32,000 nt of DNA. Source: Candidatus Thorarchaeota archaeon. GTDB taxonomy: Archaea > Asgardarchaeota > Heimdallarchaeia > Hodarchaeales > Hodarchaeaceae. The translations under genes were made by a program, and so were the position numbers. Location: NCBI GenBank assembly GCA_048882505.1, contig JBHLRO010000009.1:1-32000 (forward strand). The letters run 5' to 3'. The notes beneath the pieces were generated by a model, which saw nothing but the letters and a program-made list of their open reading frames with translations, searched no databases and was not told the origin of the DNA. Shown piece after piece: positions 26,995-32,000 of this stretch; position 1 is the stretch's first letter; each line of letters begins with the position of its first letter.

Positions 26995-27903
26995 ATGGTA
27001 ACGACACCTCTAGGCCAACCTCTGAATCAAGTCAGGTCATCAGGATCATTTTGGCGTCAATTAGTCGCCATGTCAAAGAAGGAATTGACTATCCGTTCTC
27101 GATATCCAATCGCAGTCATTTCAGATCTTCTTGAAATGATTTTCATCGTTTTCTTCTTTGTCTTTGCCGCTAAGGCTTTCATTCCCACAGGTGAAGAAGA
27201 ATTCCTCCGAGGTACACAGATCCTTTCAGGTACAAGTTTATTTCTCGGTTTTTTGATATATTTCTTTATCCAGAGTGGCCTATATGTAATCGGCCAATCA
27301 CTTCGAAGTGAACAAATAACGGGTACGCTAGAATCACTCTATCTATCTCCGGGCTCCTCACTAGCGAATATGCTTTCACGTGTGGTATACACAATTTTAA
27401 TCTTGATAGTTTTTACTCCACTCGTATATGTACTCACTATTCTCTTCATCGGAGATATCCAAATCCAGGTTGGAAATTTACCCCTCTGGCTATACTTCTT
27501 TTCAACTCTCTTGGGTATAGTAGGAGTCTCTTTTGCCTTAGCAGGATTTGCGCTCAAAATCAAAGAAGCGATGCAACCATTACTCGGTTTAATAGAGTTT
27601 TCTCTATTAATTTTCTCAGGAGTGTTTCTACCCTTAGATATCTTGGGGCCAGGGGTTTTTATTTCTATATTGATGCCCCCATCCTATGGTATTGACCTAT
27701 TACGTTCTAGTTTGTCGGGAACAACCGAACCTGTCATATCAAAGTTTGTGGGAGAAATTCTAGGGATTCCGACTGCGTCGATTCTCCCATTTCAGATATT
27801 ATTTGTTGGAGTTTCCGGATTAATCTTTCCTTTTCTCGGATTGGCCATTTTTAACAGAATGATTAGGTCAGCGCAGAAAAAAGGATCATTGGCAGAATTT
27901 TAA
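26995..27903 (+). CDS. ABC-2 type transporter permease (paralogue)
   Basis: About 6 TM helices; RSEQITGTLESLYLSP motif; FSGVFLPL. Confidence 0.9.
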   Translation: MVTTPLGQPLNQVRSSGSFWRQLVAMSKKELTIRSRYPIAVISDLLEMIFIVFFFVFAAKAFIPTGEEEFLRGTQILSGTSLFLGFLIYFFIQSGLYVIGQSLRSEQITGTLESLYLSPGSSLANMLSRVVYTILILIVFTPLVYVLTILFIGDIQIQVGNLPLWLYFFSTLLGIVGVSFALAGFALKIKEAMQPLLGLIEFSLLIFSGVFLPLDILGPGVFISILMPPSYGIDLLRSSLSGTTEPVISKFVGEILGIPTASILPFQILFVGVSGLIFPFLGLAIFNRMIRSAQKKGSLAEF

Positions 27904-27989
27904 CTTGCTATATCGTGAGTGGGGGGTATAAGAACTTGAGCAAAAATAGTGTAAATAGTTAAAATAGGTGAAAAGGTGTTGATTCTTCA

Positions 27990-28964
27990 ATGGAATATCG
28001 TCGCGTAGGAAAGACTGGATTGAAAATTAGCGAGATAGCAATTGGTGCTTGGCTGACTTATGGAGGATCATTGGAAAAAGATGCCAGTAAACCTTGTATT
28101 ACAACAGCTATCGAGCAGGGTATTAATTTCATTGATATTGCTGATGTTTATGCGCGTGGTAACGCGGAGCAGGTGGTTGGAGAGATTTTAATTGAGGAAA
28201 TATACAATCGGAAAGATCTAGTTCTTAGTAGCAAGGTCTTCTGGCCCATGTCTCGGGCTGTCAATGATCGTGGATTAAGTCGTAAACATATAATGGAATC
28301 CGTCGAATCATCGCTAGATCGTCTGCAAACCGATTATCTTGATATCTATTTTTGCCATCGATTTGATAAAAATACTCCACTTGAAGAAACCATAAGAGCT
28401 ATGTCGGATCTTGTTGAACAGGGTGCCGTCCATTATTGGGGAACCTCAGTTTGGCCCGCGGTACAACTGGAGCGTGCAGTTTGGATGGCAAAAGATCTTG
28501 GATGTCATCCACCCGTCGTAGAGCAACCCCGCTACAATATGCTGGACCGATACATCGAATTGGACGTTCTAGAGACATGCAGGAGGAATGGAATCGGTAT
28601 CGTTTGTTGGTCCCCGCTGTCAGGCGGTCTTTTAACGGGAAAATACAGCGAAAACATCCCAGAAGGAACCAGAGGAGCTTCCAAACAGCTCCAAAGAGTG
28701 ATGACGGAAGAAAATCTGCGGAAAGTAGCGGAATTACAGTCTATCGCTTCTGAATTGGGATTAACTGTTGGCCAATTGGCGCTAGCATGGATTCTAAGAC
28801 ATGATACAATAAGTTGTGCCATTACTGGGGCTACAAAATCAGAGCATGTTTTGGAAAACGTAAAAGCGTCGAGTCAACAAATTTCCGCGGATGTGTTGGC
28901 GAAAATTGAAGAGATCCTGGAAAACCAACCGAAAAGCAACCCTCTGTATGAACCCCCAATATGA
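27990..28964 (+). CDS. Aldo/keto reductase (Kv-beta/YghZ-like subfamily)
   Basis: GLKISEIAIGAW.TYG, DIADVY, SSKVF, SLDRLQTDYLDIYFCHRFD, QPRYNML, WSPLSGGLLTGKY, LAWIL. Confidence 0.95.
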   Translation: MEYRRVGKTGLKISEIAIGAWLTYGGSLEKDASKPCITTAIEQGINFIDIADVYARGNAEQVVGEILIEEIYNRKDLVLSSKVFWPMSRAVNDRGLSRKHIMESVESSLDRLQTDYLDIYFCHRFDKNTPLEETIRAMSDLVEQGAVHYWGTSVWPAVQLERAVWMAKDLGCHPPVVEQPRYNMLDRYIELDVLETCRRNGIGIVCWSPLSGGLLTGKYSENIPEGTRGASKQLQRVMTEENLRKVAELQSIASELGLTVGQLALAWILRHDTISCAITGATKSEHVLENVKASSQQISADVLAKIEEILENQPKSNPLYEPPI

Positions 28965-29222
28965 AGGAAAGGAAGAAGAGAGCGCCTTCTTTGCGGTGTA
29001 AAAGGCGATAAATCATTGGTTTGTTTTGTCTGCTTCCTTAGATGTGCTTAGCTTTAGTCCCTCTCTAGAAGTAACGGGACCAGTATAGTTCAACCATTCT
29101 ATGGCTGAAAAAAGTTGATTCGGATCGGGAATGGAACTGTGTTGAGATATCTTTGGTGTCATTGGCATCTCTTCTAAATTCTTTCTTTTTACAGAAGCTT
29201 TGAATTTCCTTTAAAGAGATGA

Positions 29223-29285
29223 TGTGACGCTTCTAACACGCGGGTAGCTCAACTTCTAGAATGAGCAAAATACCACATACCCGCG
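29223..29285 (-). other. Candidate structured RNA element downstream of the TrxR gene
   Basis: Perfect 8-bp stem (CGCGGGTA/TACCCGCG) and nested 5-bp stem (GCTCA/TGAGC), plus two possible pseudoknot pairings. Confidence 0.45.
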
Positions 29286-29308
29286 CAAAAATCAATCCGT
29301 TCTCTTTC

Positions 29309-30562
29309 CTAATTTTTCTCCAAGAATCCTCTTATTGCAATCGCTACTGCGGCCCCTTCTCCAGCTGCTGCGACCGCTTGTTTGGTCGATCCAAGTCTAC
29401 AATCTCCAGCTGCAAAAATTCCAGCGATAGAAGACTGTAACTTTTCGTCGGTGATTATAAAGCCCTTTGGATCAAGTTTTACACTTATCGCATTCAAAAA
29501 GCGTGTGTTGGGTGAAAGGCCGATGAAAACAAATATACCATCGGGTTGATATTCTCGGGTTTCCCCTTTGTCTGTATGGGTGATAAGGACTTTTTCCAAG
29601 CTAGTCTCCCCCACGAGTTCCTTAATTTGACTATTTAGCCAGATATCAATCCCATCAATACTCTTTACCTTTTCCTGAAGAGCGAGAGAAGCACGGGGTT
29701 CTCCACTCCGGATGATGATGGTGACACGTTTTGCATATTGCGTTTTAAGGAAGATTGCTTCTTCAAAAGCACTATTTCCGCCTCCAACGACAAAAATTTC
29801 CCGATCCTTGTAAAAATAGCCATCACACGTAGCACAATAGTGTAAGCTCACCCCCAAGATATTTTCATATCCAGGAACTATCAACTGACGATATTCAGAT
29901 CCTGTGGCGATTAAAACCGCAAGGGTGTGGAAAGATTTCCCCGAGGAGGTGTAAACTTTCTTATAAAGACATTCCTGAAAATTACCATCCTCGTGACAAG
30001 GTTCGATCGTGGACACCTCCTCGGGAACCAAGATCTCCACACTAAATCGTTCTGCCTGTTTTCGGAGGTTTTTGGCAAAATCCTCACCTGTAATCCCTTC
30101 AGGAAACCCTGGAAAATTATCTAGTCTATTTGTAATGAATGCCTGCCCGCCTACTGTAGATTTTTCAATAACTAGGACATCATAACCGTCGCGGGCCAAA
30201 TAAATCGCGGCCGTGAGTCCAGAAGGTCCAGCTCCAACTACAATGGCATGATAAAATTCCTTAGAGGCCTTCGTCGCGAGATCAAGCTCTTCCGCCAGTT
30301 CAAGGTTGGAAGGCTCGATAAATAGCTTTCTCTGTTTGTCTCTAAGGATCTCCACCGCAGGAATCTGTCTTTTATCGATACCATAAACTTCTTTGTTTGC
30401 CTCGAGTACAAATTTCAGAGCATTCTCTCCTTCAACACCTGGGATCTCTATATCAAACCAATTATAGTGTACGCGCTGTTCCCCCAGGTACTTTTTTATC
30501 CGACGACAATCACGACACCAGTTCGCTCCATAGATATTTATCGTAAAGTCTTGAATAGCCAT
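29309..30562 (-). CDS. trxB: Glutaredoxin/mycoredoxin-like domain fused to thioredoxin reductase (TrxB-type)
   Basis: N-terminal YGANWCRDC; GAGPSGLTAA (FAD), CATCDG (redox-active), GGGNSAFEEA (NADPH), GIFAAGD. Confidence 0.92.
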   Translation of the reverse strand: MAIQDFTINIYGANWCRDCRRIKKYLGEQRVHYNWFDIEIPGVEGENALKFVLEANKEVYGIDKRQIPAVEILRDKQRKLFIEPSNLELAEELDLATKASKEFYHAIVVGAGPSGLTAAIYLARDGYDVLVIEKSTVGGQAFITNRLDNFPGFPEGITGEDFAKNLRKQAERFSVEILVPEEVSTIEPCHEDGNFQECLYKKVYTSSGKSFHTLAVLIATGSEYRQLIVPGYENILGVSLHYCATCDGYFYKDREIFVVGGGNSAFEEAIFLKTQYAKRVTIIIRSGEPRASLALQEKVKSIDGIDIWLNSQIKELVGETSLEKVLITHTDKGETREYQPDGIFVFIGLSPNTRFLNAISVKLDPKGFIITDEKLQSSIAGIFAAGDCRLGSTKQAVAAAGEGAAVAIAIRGFLEKN

Positions 30563-30664
30563 GACACGCGTTCTCCGTTTGATACTAGCAATAAGTAACC
30601 GATTTTTATTTAAATTGGTTTTTTACCAATACAAATACCTCCCGAGCTTAATGAGTGATTCCTT

Positions 30665-31303
30665 GTGTGTCCACAGTCTACTGGCCTTCTAATTGTGTTT
30701 GAAGGCATTGACGGTTCAGGAAAGACGACCCAAATTGAGCGAGTAGCAGCTCGTCTGAGAACCAATCATAGTATGAAAGTTATGGTGACCCATGAACCCA
30801 ACCACAATTCCCCCTATTATCGAATGATAAAAGAAAAGGTAAAGAAACATAGGGATCAAACCCTACCTGAAGAGGAATTAGAATTATATCTGAAGGATCG
30901 TAAGTGGGATCTGGAGCATAATATCCTGCCTGCATTGGAACGAGGAGAGATCGTGTTGGTAGATCGATATTATCTCTCAAACGCAGCGTATCAGGGGGCT
31001 CTTCCCGCATTTTCTCCGCTTGACATTCTCGAACGAAACGCCTTCGCCAGAAAACCTGATTTGTGGATTATTTTGGATGTTTCAGTAGAAGTTGGCCAGT
31101 CTCGAATTGCGCATCGTGATAAAAAGCAAAATAAAGATATGCTAGAGTTCGCGCAGTTCCAAAAGCTAGTAAGAAAGAACTATTTCCAGCTGACCAAAAT
31201 GGATCAAATCGGTCGGGTCGAATGGATTGACACAGAGGTTCTAACAGAGGAGGAGCTTACCCAGAAGATTATACAGATAATCGTTTCTCTCCTCGACAAG
31301 TGA
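30665..31303 (+). CDS. tmk: Thymidylate (dTMP) kinase; GTG start
   Basis: FEGIDGSGKTT P-loop, THEP, DRYYLSNAAYQG, PDLWIILDV. Confidence 0.95.
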   Translation: MCPQSTGLLIVFEGIDGSGKTTQIERVAARLRTNHSMKVMVTHEPNHNSPYYRMIKEKVKKHRDQTLPEEELELYLKDRKWDLEHNILPALERGEIVLVDRYYLSNAAYQGALPAFSPLDILERNAFARKPDLWIILDVSVEVGQSRIAHRDKKQNKDMLEFAQFQKLVRKNYFQLTKMDQIGRVEWIDTEVLTEEELTQKIIQIIVSLLDK

Positions 31304-31343
31304 CGGCATACCGCGAAAAAGGAAGATGAATTTCAGATTCAAA

Positions 31344-31820
31344 TCATTTCAATAGCCTACGGGCTTGTTCCAGATACTGATTAAGCAATTCTGCGGTGGC
31401 TCCACGGAAATTTTCCATGGCCTCTTCACTTTCTGCGCGTTCTCGCAAAATGCTGGCTTGTTGGTGAATCTTAATATCATGAATTACTTTCTCAATGTCC
31501 TTTTCCAATTCGTCATCTAGTCTAAAGATTTCACCTTTCATTTTACGCAATCGAACGAGTAGCGCTTGGGCTTCCGTGAACTGTAAATTATGAACCAAAA
31601 TTAGGGCACGTACAAATAAACTTTGCACGATAACTTGCTGCGTCGTCGGCGCTATATAACGGTCAATCCGCTTCAGAAATTGCATAGCAGTTGCCACTTG
31701 CCCTTCCTCCAGGTAGGCTTTTGCCAACTGTAAATTTCGAAAGTCCCGGAGCTCGAGTTTATTTTGCAGAGAATTCTCAATTCGCTGCAGAGAGAGGCGA
31801 ATCTCTGAATCTAAAGTCAC
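31344..31820 (-). CDS. Hypothetical TPR-like helical protein; probable GTG start at 31820 (track start 31907)
   Basis: LAKAYLEEGQVATAMQFL and ALILVHNLQFTEAQALL TPR-like helix pairs; AAGGAG RBS 10 nt upstream of GTG 31820. Confidence 0.65.
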   Translation of the reverse strand: MTLDSEIRLSLQRIENSLQNKLELRDFRNLQLAKAYLEEGQVATAMQFLKRIDRYIAPTTQQVIVQSLFVRALILVHNLQFTEAQALLVRLRKMKGEIFRLDDELEKDIEKVIHDIKIHQQASILRERAESEEAMENFRGATAELLNQYLEQARRLLK

Positions 31821-32000
31821 GATCTGGGAACTCCTTATGTTCGGGATAATTACGATCTCATTGCTGGATGTATTGCCAGTTGTATTATGGTTATACTTTT
31901 TCCTCACCTAGATAAAAAGGGCTGCCCCCGTAAGGTTATGCATTGATGAGGAATTTATTTGCGAAGAAATCTACTATCTGGTTGAAATTACCTGATCTTA

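Noticed and set aside
29239-29285. tRNA, SECIS or canonical HDV-ribozyme identity for the GC-rich stem
   Set aside because: The plus strand mimics a tRNA acceptor plus D-arm (GCGGG-TA-GCTC...GAGC) but has no anticodon or T arm. There is no AUGA/GA SECIS core and trxB has no in-frame TGA. The HDV L3/J4-2 consensus is absent. Kept only as an unclassified structure.
1-32000. CRISPR arrays, IS/transposases, integrases, prophage genes, rRNA/tRNA
   Set aside because: No regularly spaced direct repeats, terminal inverted repeats, recombinase motifs or complete cloverleafs were found by eye.

Overview
Gene-dense archaeal chromosomal window with about 32 CDSs. I saw no rRNA, tRNA, CRISPR array or mobile element. 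Two Rab-like small GTPases without prenylation motifs, an HMf-type histone, a V4R-domain protein, a PGF-CTERM-like surface protein and GGAG/GGTGA ribosome-binding sites point to an Asgard archaeon, possibly Heimdallarchaeia. This taxonomy is inferred, not shown. Housekeeping genes include a DEAD-box helicase, an isocitrate/isopropylmalate dehydrogenase, an M20 peptidase, pncA/pncB, GGT, gpmA, a PhzF-like protein, an ABC exporter, an aldo-keto reductase, a Grx-TrxR fusion and tmk. The most interesting observations are: a 4-TM membrane protein ending in a HEPN-like RNxxxH domain; a SHOCT-like/bactofilin-like beta-helix gene divergent from an ArsR regulator that carries a similar SHOCT-like tail; a tandem V4R/Bet3-like protein near an atypical Rab-like GTPase; a Cys-to-Ser pseudophosphatase; a PolD-DP1-N-like plus wHTH protein; and a candidate double-pseudoknot RNA downstream of trxB. 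Two corrections to the ORF track: gpmA most likely starts at ATT (16886), and a 56-aa 8-Cys microprotein (22042-22212, minus strand) was missed. All family calls come from motif recognition by eye; no searches were run.
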